Origin: Pocillopora damicornis
Taxonomy: Eukaryota
Reading direction: 5' to 3'
Length of the DNA stretch: 64,000 nt
Assembly: GCF_003704095.1 (NCBI RefSeq)
Contig: NW_020843530.1
Span: 62,001-126,000 of the forward strand
Below the pieces are notes generated by a model. That model saw only the letters and a program-made list of their open reading frames with translations. It made no database searches and was not told the DNA's origin. The position numbers and the translations under genes are program-made. Below, in pieces: positions 50,701 through 63,210 of the stretch (position 1 is its first letter; each line of letters starts with the position of its first letter).

Positions 50701-53700
50701 ACCTTCAATAGTGGCTTTCTTTACGCGGCAGCTCCGTGGTCGTTCATCGTCCGCCCCCGTGCACACTTGACAAGCCCAGTTTCCGCGCGGAATTCGTCGT
50801 AAGGGCGGATAAACACAACTAATATGATAGGCAAGTGGACATGTGTCACAGCACAGTAGCTCTCCCCCCTCAGTACAAACTGCACATTGATCGCCATGTT
50901 CAGAAGTCTCACTGGTGTCACCTACCATTGAAAACAAAGACAGTTAGTGGATGTACGTTATTGTTATTATGTTCTGGACAGTTCCTTTGAATCGTGAAAA
51001 CTAACTTCATTTTTAAGGAGGCTGCAACATATTACTGCCTAGTTGGATGTTGAGAAAAAGAGGCAAAAAGAAACTAAGAGGGATCATGGATGGAGAAGAT
51101 TGAATGACAAAAAATGACACACGGTCTAGAGATAACGCTAAATTTTTTGTGTGTGATTTTAATACTAATGGTAGGTGGCCTTCGCAGAGGCCCTTTTAAT
51201 TTCCCCCAATCAAGCGAGAGAAGCGTGAGCGGTGCGAGAGCATAGGGCGAAAGCACCTTCGCACGACTCCTTAGCTTAACTTAGCCAAGAGTAACCGAAA
51301 AAGACTTCCACGAAATCCAAAGATTGACCCAAAGATTGCCGGTGTCACAGCGGATTTGGACCCCCCGCGGATTTAAACCCCCGGTCCAAATCCACAAGCG
51401 GATATGGACCCCTATTCGCAGATTTGGACCCCCATACCAAACGTTCCTTTTAAGCATCGTTTGTATCATACTTGGTCACTAATTCTATTTGGAAGCTTTT
51501 TGCCGGTGTTCTCTTCTATCACAACAGAACATTCCTCAGTAAAGGTAAAGAAAAACAACCATTTCGTTCCAATTCTGCCACATTTATTATAGAGTCGTAC
51601 AGTATACGCAAATTAAATCTTTGCTTCTTCTGATGCGAATCAACATTGATATGAAACGTCATAACTATAGTGGAGACTGTAGCATCCAGTCACAAAAATA
51701 ACTCAGTCTGATTTTCCAATTAAATAACATTAAACAGTTTCTGAACAAGAACGAAGTAACAACTCCTATTAAAAGTCGTTCGTAAAGCCTATGGCAAGTA
51801 AAAACGTTTCTATTCTGAAGCTTATTATTATAAGTTTATATTGGAACTCTCAGCTTATTTTCAAAGGCAAATAAACATTAATGTCTACGTCCTAACAAAA
51901 CTGGTGACTATTACATCGAACTCAATCTTATTTTCTAATTTCAACGGATATTAACCGTTGAGGGATCCGAAAAAACATCTTAAAAATTACGAAGACGTCT
52001 AGAGCCGGGCGGTCTGCAGACAATGCAGAACCACTCGCCCTCCAAGGCAGTCTTATATCCCTCGCAACTCATGTACAACCATTCCTTGCACAACTCGCAC
52101 TGTACCATGTCGTCCCAACACTCAAGCATTGAACAATAACAAAATAAATTGGTGTCAAAAGTTTGTCTCCTATTGAATCTAGCGGTGTTCGACTATCGCG
52201 GAGAGTCATTTCCAGCCGCCAGTTGCATGTTTTGAATCGAAAACATACTTTAGTACGCACTGGAACATAAATTAATTCTACTAGAACGTCAAGGATGATT
52301 TTTTCACTCAGTTTTGTTGAGGGTCCAAATCCGCTAGGACACCGGTATAACAGAGGGTCAACAGAGTACAATCTTCAATCTCCAAAGATTCGCGAAACAA
52401 CGAAATAGAAAATGGTCGATGTATTCACACACCGTGATGTGAATGACAATAACCATGTCAAATTGAACGAAAAAAGTATAACCCTGTAAAACTTACTTTG
52501 TTCAGACTCATCCTGATAACTGTTTGATTTACTGTCGGCTTCATCCTCGTCACTAATTTCCTCGCTTTCTTCCTTTTTTTCGTTTGACTGTTCATTTTCT
52601 TCCTCTTGATCTTTATCATTAGCCGTGGGTTTCTTCTTTCTCTCGCTGCGCCTTGTTTCCTTGGGGCGACAGTCACCACAAAACCACTGTCCTTCAGGAA
52701 CCTGGGCAAAGAATGATATTACTTCAACAACGAACTATACAAAGATTTTGTACATTGGTAACATTAAAAGGAACACTAGCAGGCTGCCAAAGGATGTCAT
52801 TTATCATTCTTGACCGAAAATGGTTCGATTTATCAAGATCAAGGTTACTGTCACCAAAATCTTTCCAAAATTTTCAAAATTTCGTTTTCTGCTCTTCAGT
52901 TGGAGAAAGTCGTAAGTTTAATTTGCGCCAAAAATTGTCTTAAAAAAGTATGCGAGACACGGCTGGAAGAATGAAAGTTGTCATAATCGGAAAAGCCTTC
53001 AGAAGAGTGTTGAAGTTTGCCGCAGGGTTTCGTCCAGGATCTCGATTTGCATATTTTGTTTACATCGCGTCTTGCACTACACATTTCGCAAAACGTTAAG
53101 AAATAATAGTTTTCATCAACGACCAAAACGAGAAAAGTCGCAAGAGAGCCCGAGCCAAAGAAATCGAAATTAAGTTCTTCTTGAATTTTGGATTTAGTTT
53201 GATTCGTGTTCCCTGTTTCGCGAAATGACCTTCCCCGCGAATTTAAGTTCCTTGTTGCAAGACTTGTCGGGGGATCGATGTCCCGGAGTGACCGCATTGA
53301 CACGCGCTTAAACCTTTGCTTAAACGAATTAATAGGGTTTGTGGATTTGTTGGCTTTTCATGAAAATCGGCCAGAATCTTCGTCAGGTATTAACACACAG
53401 AAGTGTTGGAGGCTTTAACGAAATTCAAATTATTTCTCTCGTAACGTCCCGGAGCGTGACAACAACCGAAATTATTTCTATTGTCCAACCTCACAACACG
53501 TTCTCGTAATAGGAATATCGAAAAAGCCTCCTGTCCTTTGGTCGCCTATCATCTGCTAAGTGATACTGTCCAGTTTGTTTCGAGGTCCGCGGTAACACGG
53601 AAGCTGGTAATTCAGTAAAGCAAACACCGTCAGTGTTGTGTTTAAAGGCTTGAGCGCGCCTACCAAAACACCTTTGTAAGCTTTACAGTGATATATGGTT

Positions 53701-56700
53701 TTCCATAGTTCTACAAAAGTAGCGCGCGTAAAACCAATTTTTCGTGAGGCACCCTACTTTGTTGACAGTAACGTACAAAGATAAAAAACTGTCAACCGTG
53801 TCAAATGTTGTATCGGTACAAAGCCAATCAAGTAGCTGGAACAGATCGCTCGTCATCCGCAAGTAGATTGGTCACTTTCAATTTCGTAACCCTGTAACAA
53901 CAGTTGAGCTGTAAAAGGAAAACTATGAGATTCGTTGAGACATTATGCCTGAAAATCTTAAATTAGACTTGAAAAACACCAAGTAAGAGAGTGAATTTTA
54001 AGTTTGACTCATTCATTAGAAAGGAGAAAGCTTCTACTATGCAAAGCATCCAAAGTTATTATAGAAAAATGTAACCCGATAGACAAACATGTTAATAAAA
54101 ACAAAACGACGCGCTGAGCGTTCAGCATCAGCATGATGGTGCACACTTTTCTGTTGCATACCTCCTTGATAGGTGGTTTGAGGCAGTACATATGATGACC
54201 CCTATCACAGGCATCACACAGCAGCATGTGTTCCGCATCTCCTTTCCTCCTACAGAGTCGACACCGAGCGTTTAACACAGACTTGCTCCAGGCAATGGAC
54301 TGGTCCAACGTGTTCAAATGCACAAACACCTGCGACAAATTTGTACACACAAGGAGGGACTCCTCCCACCTCTCCAGACATGTTTTCTGTTTTACGGGTT
54401 CCTCCTCCTCTTCCTCCGACGAACTACAGCTCCTGTCGTCTTCTCTTCCCTCTTCTCCTTCATCCTCGCCTTTCTTCTCCTCGTTGTTCTTGGCATCTTC
54501 TCCACTTCCACCATTCTGCTTCTTTTTCTTGTCTTTCTTCTGCTTCTCCTTAGTCTCTGCAGCCTTCATCATCTCGTTGAACTCGCTGACAGCCGCGGCA
54601 GCCGCCTCTTTCTGTCTCTGTCGCTTGGTCTCCTCGTCCTCACCAAGAGGTGGGTTCAGATACTTTTTCTCTATGCCTTGCTCCACCTGTTAAGTTTAAG
54701 ACATTAATTAGCTTAATCAGAAAGGGCGAATTAAGAGCGCCAAATAGAGTCTAACAGACACGTAGGAAATATATTCAATCTCTATTCCTCTGTTGCTAAA
54801 CGGACGAAATTGAAATTGTACGCTCGTCAAAAACAACTTGTTCTAACTAGTCGACCACAGCAATATGAAACGCGAGTCGGTAAAAGTTAAACCGCAAGAG
54901 GCCACTAACTTCTATTACTCAGGGTTGATGAGGAGTGCGGACTAAAACATCGTTAACTGTGCGTGCGTTGCCAAGGGCTACGCTAGGCGATCCCATGGTA
55001 CACACAATGACCAATCAGATAAATAGTAAATATCACAAGAAGTCAATTCGCACACTACGTAAGGGCTAATAAACTGCCCAAAGTGCGAGAGAATGTGAGT
55101 AACTACGTCGCCCTTAACTAAGTCTTGAATCTCATTTGCAATGAAGGTGGCGAAATATTTTATGAATAATCACATTACGCAGTCAGGAAAAGCCATTCAT
55201 CCTCGTATTCCGGCAATATTAAAAATTCGCCTAGCTTGACCGACATATCATTGCTAAGACCGGCCTTATCTCTTACAAAATTCCTCTTACTTTGAGCAGT
55301 TCCCGCGCAAGTTCTTTGACAGCGGGGTTGACTGCCACAGGTCCAACAACTAAGCTAAGAGTGGGCGTACTGCACCGAGTGTCTGCCGCTGGGGATGAAG
55401 CGCGGCTACTGAGCTGAAGATGAAATGGAACAGCTGTAAATGAACGTTCATCTGGCTTGACTTCCACTTTAACGCCATCCACGGATTCTATAATTAAAAG
55501 AAAAGAACAGTCGTGAAAGTTTCGGGAACTGAAACGGGGGCGAAAGCGAAATATTCTATAACAGGTAAAACTTAAAAGACTTCCACGTTTGCCTCTTGAC
55601 ACCTCAACAAAGACAAGGTCCATTTTTCAACTAAGTGAATGCCTGCAAGGAATGCTGTGAATGAGAAGTAAAAAATTCCAAAGAACGCATGTTCACTTAT
55701 TCTTTAATTTAGGTTACACGTGGACCTTTATCGCGTAAGAGCCAAAGCATGATACCTTACCTAGATTACTGTAAAGAAAAATAAGACCGAAAGACGAAAA
55801 AGCCCGAATTTCAACAACAGGATATCAAGTTCATTGGAATGTAAAACTTGTGAAACAAATAGGAGTGGGAGTTCATTCCGGTCTCGAGCGACGGAAACAA
55901 TTACAACTCTACCTGAATGGGAAATGGTCAATTGTAAGTTACTCCCAACGCTAGACTATGGGTCCGGCTACCTTTAGAGTCAGACGGTACCAATTTCTCC
56001 TCCAGCAAAAGGGAGAGGGGACCATAGGAGTTAAGTGTCCTGTCTAACATCAAAACACAACAATACTAAAAAAGATCAAGTTACCTGTGCTGTGTTCTTG
56101 TTTAATCTCATCCTTAACTCCATTGACAACTGGCAATTCCTCATCATCATAAACCATTGGCTTTTCTTCCTTCACGCTCAATGTTTCCCCTTTGTTGTCC
56201 TCATTAAGCTCACTAATCTCTCTGACACTTTCACCAAGCTCCATAAACTGTGCATCGCCATTTTCTTTGACATCACTGACTCCATTCACCTTACACTCAT
56301 CGCTGGCATGTTTGGTCTGAGTCTTGTTAATATCATCATAAATACCATTCTCCACTTTAGCTCTCCACGCCTCACGGTCTGTATTCTTAATAACACCAAG
56401 TCCACCCTGCCATATTCTGTCCTCTAGGTCAAGTATCTGATCACGTAAATTCGCTTCAATGAACTCCTCCATTGTCTTATAACGCGACTTATCCACAGTA
56501 GGCTGGTTTCGACCTCCTCGCCTTCCTTTGGGCTTGAACTCCTTTTTCTGACCCTGAAGATCGGCTTTCAACGGACACTTGTCCACAGAAAGTGTAAGCT
56601 GTTTGTATTCTTGTTGAACTGCATCTTTCAAAAGTCTCTCGCGGAATCCGCGTGGATTCAAAGCTTCTAACAAACCGTCTATGTCTTCTCTAGAAGCGAA

Positions 56701-59700
56701 GTAAGACCACTTTGCCACAGATCGTTTCCTGTAAAGTTCGCTCCAGTTTTCATCTTCAGATGCTTCTCTAGCTAAATCATAAACTTTAAACATGTTCATA
56801 GCTTTTCGCTCGAAGTACTCATTCTTCAGTGTTGTATCACCGTTAACTAAACTTTTCTGTTGCTTCTTCGTTTTAACTAAATTGTTCGAGTCTAATGACA
56901 AGTTTCCATTCTCTTTTTCTTCTTCTTCTTCTTTTTCCTCTTCCCCTTCTTCATCACTTACTTCCTCGTTATTCTAAAAAGAAAAAAAATTACTTGTTTT
57001 CCTCCCAAAATGAGTAAAATATAATTTATTTGACCTTTGGATGATAAATGACATATTCATCCTTACTGTGGACCTAACGGGGTACACTACAATTACAGAA
57101 ACTGTAGAAAGTAAGGCCAGGAAAAAAATTTAGAATTTGACGGCGCTCCAAGCAAAACTACCCAGTAACAGCCTACCTTCCAGGTCAAAGCCTAACGTGT
57201 CACTAACATTATCTCCCCAGAGGACATCCATCAGCACTTACCTCAGATTCGGACTCAGACTCTGGCTCCAAAAGCAAATGTTGATCTGGGTCATCATCCT
57301 CCACAAACAGTCCTCGTAATGATTTGAATGCCCAGTATCGCCGGTAGACTCTGTCTCGTCCAAGTGGCTGGATTGCACTTCTAGATACTGCTTTAGCCAA
57401 TTGATTCATAAATTCCTGATCCTTCCTCTTGCGTTCTTCACGTCTCTGCTGCGCCAACTCCTCTTCCTCCTCTTTAGTTAAAACAGGAGTCTTATTTGTG
57501 TTGCCTTCTTTGTCTGCCGTACCTTTACTTCCGTCAACTGTGCTATCTGTGGTCGTTGGTTCTTTTATTTCACTTGCTTGAGAAGTGTTCTCATTTTCGT
57601 CCTTCTTTTTGGGAGGTTTCTTTCCTCCTTTCTTTTCTTGACCTCCTTCCTCCTGTTTTGAGACTTTCTTAATTCCATCTTCGACTTTTGGACTGAAAAA
57701 TAAAACATAAAATTTTTCACATACAAAAGATTTGGTGAAGGTACTGTCCATCTTCTTACACATTGACTACACAGTTAATTAAAGGTCAGCACCTGCAATG
57801 CAATCAATGCCAATGTTTTTACAATGCATTCTTAGTCTTGTAGCAACTTCTCCCGTATTATTTTGGACCAGTAATGATATCATCAAGGTTACACTTACGA
57901 GCTCCCGAGGATTATTATCTTAATCTGCGTTAGGAATTCCTCTGTGGAGCTTTGTAAATACATTTACATGCATTCTACACAAGGTAAGTTATACTCAAAA
58001 TGGTTGAAAAAAGTAAATTCATTATCATGCTTTTAAAGAGAAAATGAAACCGCACTTTCCTTACGAGTTCCGATCATGAAGTAAAGTGCACTCACCATCA
58101 CGGTTACAATCATATCTTTAGGTTTCTAATTCATATTCAAAGTTGATTTTACCTGGAGTCTCCTTTTGCAGCATCAATCTTCTCCTGATCCTTCTCTTTC
58201 TTCCGTTTTTCCAGCTCCTCTTTCTGCCGCTGTCTTTCCTCTTGCTTCCGCCGATACCTTGCAGCAGCTTCCTCTTTCTCCTTCCGCTGATCTGCCCACT
58301 GGTCCTCCTGCCACTCCCGACGAACCTTACGGCACCTGAAGCACAACGAGTACAAGTAAAGGTAAAGTTAGGTCACGATAGCATCATTCAACTGTGTACT
58401 GGACTGAAAAACTGTTTTTAAAACATTAAATCATTTAGAACCCTAATCCACTCACTGATCAAATCCTTCTTCCATATAGTCTCTAGCTGTTGCGTATGTT
58501 ATCAACTGAGTACACAGGGAAACAAGGACTTTGAGTTTGTCTTCAGCAGCCATATCATATATATTCCCTGTTACCAAGGATTTTAATAACTGAGGTTCAG
58601 CATGGCGAAATTCTACTCCAGCGTCATCACTGTATGTAAATCCACCGCGACGCTGCCAGCGATAAGATGACTCGCCACAACCTTACGGATGAAGGAAGGA
58701 AGTCTAAATGTCAACATACATGTGCAATGTAGGCAAATAAGACTCCAATCATAGATTGTTATCAGTAACAGACTGTTTTGGTACATTTGAGCTCCAACAA
58801 GAGAACAATTGCGCAGCTGTTCTAAGCAATCACACATACATTTAGAAGCTTTACTTACATCGTACTGTACTGTACTGTTGCCCCTTTGAGATCACTGTTT
58901 TCAAGCTATGAGAACTACTGATATGGAAGTGTAACTTTGTTTGTCAAATAAGCACAGAACAAGTAATGCTGTGCCTCTTAAATGAGTCATTATATGCCAA
59001 AGGCTTTAAAATTTCAGATTTTACGGTCAGTAAAATAATTTTTAATCATAAAAACAAACTATCTTTTCTAAATTGAATGAAATATTACAAAGTTCTGAAT
59101 ACTCATGCAACTATTTCAGGCAATGCCTATTCAGTGGTGCACACTTGTGGAAATTTAACGTAATGAGAGATATTACCGATGGATGTAAATAATCAGTCAC
59201 AATCTTTTTATTGTTCCTCTGGCTGACTGACTAAGACAGAGGGCATTTTCTTTAACTTTGGTAATTTCCCCAGGGAATATAACTTGAAATTGAAAACACT
59301 GAAAAAGGCTTAACTTTACCTAAAAGTATTACAAGTTCATTAATGGCAGATGGTTTTTTAACAGACCTGGTTTAATTACTTTGGTGTCACTGTACTAAAA
59401 TAACATTTTATTGTGTGTTTTACAGTTCACTGACCCTAACTGAACACTGAAATGGCTTCCTAAGAAATTGGACAACAGCATGTGTTTTTGACCTTCTTGA
59501 CCCTTAACCCTTTCACCACCAGTAATTCTCCTTACTGTCTGCCATATATTTCTTATGATGTTAGTTCTGAGAATTTGGTTTAACATTCCTCAATTCACAC
59601 TTTCCTTTCTTCTCATCACTTGTCTGCTTGAGATTGTACTGACATTATAAGGACACATTCTGTCTTGGTCACTCACAGGAGTTAAAGGGTTATTAAAAGA

Positions 59701-61935
59701 AAACTTTTACACTTCATTTTATTAAAATCTAATTGCATGTTTCTACAGAAACTTCTGAAAACTTGCATATTATTATTCCTTAATTTCACTTGGCCCCATG
59801 CAATCACTGTTACCTATACAAACAAGCTTCACCTATGATGATGCAAATGCTACAAAATCACATAATTTCCATTGAAGAATTTATCTTTCAAAATCATCAA
59901 GTCAGTTTGCATACCTATTCTGGCACCAGATGATAACAAATGCAATCTCAGCAGCTCAGAACTTGTGAAGGGGTCCATTATTAATTCATGGAGAGGTTTT
60001 CCTTGGTGCTGCATTGGCCAAGCAGCTGCCATTGTGGCTGAAGCTGACACTGTTGCCTGAGATTTCTCATTTCCATCATCTTCAAGATCCATAACAGGTT
60101 CATGCTCATGAGTGCCATCCAAGCCTTCTTCCTCCTCTTCCTCTAAGTGAGTACGAAGTATTGCTCCCAACAAGAACAACAGCAAATCATAGTAAACACC
60201 CTCTGCATCGTGTTCAGTCAGAGCCTCTTCTAACATAGCTTTGATCATACAAGTAAGAAGAAAGCAAATGCATGAATAAATAAACTCAGAGGCTCAAAGG
60301 CTAGTGAAGAATGTCATTAAGAAGTTTGGGAAATGTTAAGGCAATTTATCAACATCAACTTGCCACTTTTAACTACTTGTTTCTTTTAGTTGGTAAAGGG
60401 ATGTAACATAGGATAGGACAATCATTGTTTTTCATCTTAATCACAAACAATAATATTTGGGGGGTAACTTGTACAAAATTACCTCTAATCAATTTCTTTA
60501 GCACTCTCTGTGCAGAAAATTTTTCCAATTGCTTTAATTAAAAGCGAGATAAATTTTTTTAAAATTATTCTCCCATATAGATTGCAAGCAAGTAAGGCTG
60601 ATCTAGGAAGTACTTGACAACACTATAAAATATGTCTTCTCACCAAATGTAAGACCATTAGGAAATTCATCTCTGATGTCAAACAGGTTTCCAAAGACAG
60701 TGAGAAATTCCAAGACCATCATCATATCTCCAAACAAGTTGGATGAAAGTTTGATGGAGACTGGAATAGTTTTAGGCAGATCCTGTAGATCAAATATGAT
60801 AAATTAAATCTGTTGAATAATCAACTCATAGATAGTTTTTTTTTGTTTATTCAAGGACAGTTCCTGATGTCCTTGTTACTAAAGAAATCGCAAAAGTCAG
60901 ATAAAAATATCAAAAGTTTTTTTTTGTCTTTCATGGAAAATGTTTCAACATCTGCGAGAGTAAGAAACTTAAAATTTATATTTCAAAGCCAATTATCTAC
61001 CTTACCATCCATTCAATAGAACAAAATCCAACAGATCACTTCTGTTTTTAATTCTTTTTAATCAAATTACATGGGAACGAGAAAGACTGCACTATGAGAG
61101 ACAGAAAGCTTTTGAGCATTATATGACACTGACAAGGTGAATGCATGACAACCAATGCAAGCCTAAACCCTTGACACCCTAACATCAGCATGCATATTCT
61201 TATTTAGCATGACAGCTGACAGCTGACAGCTTCTTTTGGTGATGATCATTTCCTTTCTTCTTGTAACATAAATGTGTGATTCAGGGGTGATATTGTTAGG
61301 AGAAATTAGATGCTGGTCACTCTTAGGGGTCAAAAGGTTAACTACCATGAGTGACCAAGAGAAAAGTTCTACTAAGAATATCAAATTAATACAATTTCAA
61401 AGGATAAGAATAAAGAAAAAGATCAATGAACAGATTATAATATGCATGCCATCACAGAAACAAAGCATTGCTTTGTAACAGCTGAACAAAGCATCTAAAT
61501 TTACCGCCACATTTATAATGCAAATTTTATAGTATCTCAACAATGGTTACAAATGTTCTTGCCATTAAAATCCCCTGGAGTGTATTTAATCACAAAAAAG
61601 GACTTGTCGGGATGAAGTGTTCTCTACTAAGAATATCAAATGAATACAATTTCAAAGGATAAGAATAAATAAAAAGATCAATGAACAGATTATAATATGC
61701 ACACCATCACAGAAACAAAGCGTTGCTTTGTAACAGCTGAACAAAGCATCTAAATTTACCACACATTTATGATGCAAATTTTATAGTATTTCAACAATGG
61801 TTACAAATGTTTTTGCCATTAAAATCTCCTGGAGAGTGATTTAATCACAAAAACACATGTTGGGATGAGGCATGGTCTCCTTTTTTTCCCTAACTCAATT
61901 CATGTCAACTTCAATGTATTGAGCACGTAATACTG

Positions 61936-61983
<48 letters not shown>

Positions 61984-63210
61984 ATAAAGAAAAATATCAA
62001 TTAAAGAATGTTAATTGATCCAATACCAAATTCTCTGAACTGACCTCATAAGAATTGTATGGCAGACAGATAAGAGAATTACAGAAGAAATCTTGGGAGT
62101 AAAAGGGTTAAGACCCCATAGGATCATTTAATCTACAATTCCAAGAGAATAGGAAACACAAACCTTCAAATCATCCAACTCTAGATCTTCTCTTGGTCTG
62201 TTCCATTCCTTCAGTCGTATAGCCTCCAATCTCTTTTCTTCCTTTTGTCTTTCACGCTCCTGTAAATCACAACAAAAAAAATACATAACAGATAAAAGGA
62301 AAATATTATTGTGTACCCCAAAAGATCTGATTATCAACTCTTATTTACCTGCGATATACTACCATTTAAAAGAGAATTTCATATAACATCAACATAACAC
62401 CTGCTACTGTAGGTGATTAATGCGTCTATTCTTCCCTGCTTCACAAATAATAACCTCGTATCATAGGGAAAAGTTATATGTACCAGTGAATCACCTCTAA
62501 GAGTAAAAGGTTTCAGCCTGGCCATAATACACTGGAAAGGTGGATGACATGATCTCTATTCCCTGAAGAGCACACTAAATTTACAAGCAGTTATTCCCTG
62601 GAGAGTGTTATATCCAAACGAAAAGGAAAAATCAAGGTCTGGTTCAAAATGTTTAGGAATTCTAGTCCATAGTACGAAAAAATTCCATAAAATTGCCAAT
62701 CTAATGTAATCTAATGTATCTTCCTTTTGAAATAATTTGCATGTAAGATCAATAACATTTCATGATGATGCCTTGGGAAACTAAAGCCAACAAACAATTC
62801 TTTGTGTTGCCAACTAAGGTCATTTAAATCAATTTACCAAACTTGAAAGGCAGATATCTACATCTCTATCCAATAACAAATAACTTGTGTATCTCTTGAA
62901 TACATGTACAGCGTAGCACCAAAAATCACACAAACCTGCAGGTAACAGGACATAATTACATAAGTAAAGAGGCAATCTAGTTAAAATGTACATGAAACAT
63001 TGTTGCCCTCACTTTGTCTCTTTCAATCTTCTTCACCGCCCTTTCCTCCTCTCTCTTGGCTTTGTTCTCAGCTTTTTCCCTTTCTCTTTCCAGTCTCTTT
63101 TTTTCTTTTTCTTCTTCCAACTGTTTTTTTCTCTTTTCTTTTTCTTGTTCCATGATTTTGCGCCACTCCTCAGGTGGCAGCTTCATCTTGTCTTTGTTAT
63201 CCTTCTCCTT
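47742..63210 (-). CDS. BAZ1A: Bromodomain adjacent to zinc finger protein 1A / ACF1 (ISWI accessory subunit), 5'-partial, 1462 aa in window
   Basis: Exons (minus) 63013-63210, 62164-62259, 60644-60782, 59915-60238, 58456-58681, 58153-58335, 57242-57692, 56085-56973, 55291-55487, 54162-54686, 52497-52701, 50703-50921, 49525-50000, 47742-48002; 4389 nt, all phases consistent. Motifs: EWNRPREDLELDDLK + FGDMMMVLEFLTVFGNLFD (DDT); YRWQRRGGF (BAZ1A-like); PLGRDRVYRRYW and LNPRGFRERLL (WHIM2/3); WSKSVLNARCRLCRRKGDAEHMLLCD (PHD); a second PHD; AWPF..PV..PDY..II.RPMDL bromodomain. The WAC domain is presumably beyond the window. Confidence 0.93.
48302..49367. mobile_element. Penelope-type palindromic repeat with hammerhead cores, interrupted by two insertions
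   Basis: About 80-nt inverted arms span 48303-48541. The tail TAAAATTACCCTGTTATACTCTCCCACC..GCAGCA.CACAG resumes at about 49301 after about 760 nt of unrelated sequence. Homologous to 13827-14024. Confidence 0.65.
48384..48433 (-). mobile_element. 50-nt 5'-truncated non-LTR retrotransposon 3' end with 8-bp TSD
   Basis: GAGCGTTA duplicated at 48376-48383 and 48434-48441. The insert reads ...GGAAAATAAAGTGTGTGTGTAAAGTGTG on the minus strand (polyA signal plus microsatellite tail). Confidence 0.7.
50359..50570. mobile_element. TTAA-type MITE (same family as 59504 and 61980)
   Basis: TTAACC...CCCATGAGTGACCAAGACAGAATT...GAGATCTTGGGAGTGAAAGAGTTAC; reverse-complement homolog of 59504-59693. Confidence 0.7.
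51339..52345. mobile_element. About 1.0-kb non-autonomous DNA transposon with about 25-bp TIRs
   Basis: CCGGTGTCACAGCGGATTTGGACCC ... GGGTCCAAATCCGCTAGGACACCGG, with several subterminal GC(G/A)GAT(T/A)TGGACCCC repeats at the left end. Flanks are TG and TA. Confidence 0.75.
52843..53467. mobile_element. Possible non-autonomous DNA transposon
   Basis: GGTTACTGTCAC and GTGACAACAACC form a 10/12 inverted repeat around a CpG-rich intronic block. The target duplication is not convincing. Confidence 0.3.
59504..59693. mobile_element. TTAA-type MITE
   Basis: TTAA|CCCTTT ... GGAGTTAAAGGG|TTAT; internal AGTAATTCTCCTTACTGTCTGCCATA is shared with the other copies. Confidence 0.7.
61164..61341. mobile_element. 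TTAA-type MITE (46444 subfamily)
   Basis: TAAA|CCCTTGACACCCTAA ... TTAGGGGTCAAAAGG|TTAA. Confidence 0.7.
61368..61868. repeat. Recent tandem duplication, period 255 nt
   Basis: TCTACTAAGAATATCAAAT.AATACAATTTCAAAGGATAAG... starts at 61368 and 61623 and is near-identical over about 245 nt. Confidence 0.9.
61950..61979. repeat. (TA)n microsatellite
   Basis: About 15 uninterrupted AT units. Confidence 0.95.
61980..62111. mobile_element. 3' half of a TTAA-type MITE whose 5' half starts at about 61338
   Basis: GAGAATAAAGAAAAATATCAAT...TTGATCCAATACCAAATTCTC...TCTTGGGAGTAAAAGGG|TTAA. Confidence 0.65.
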
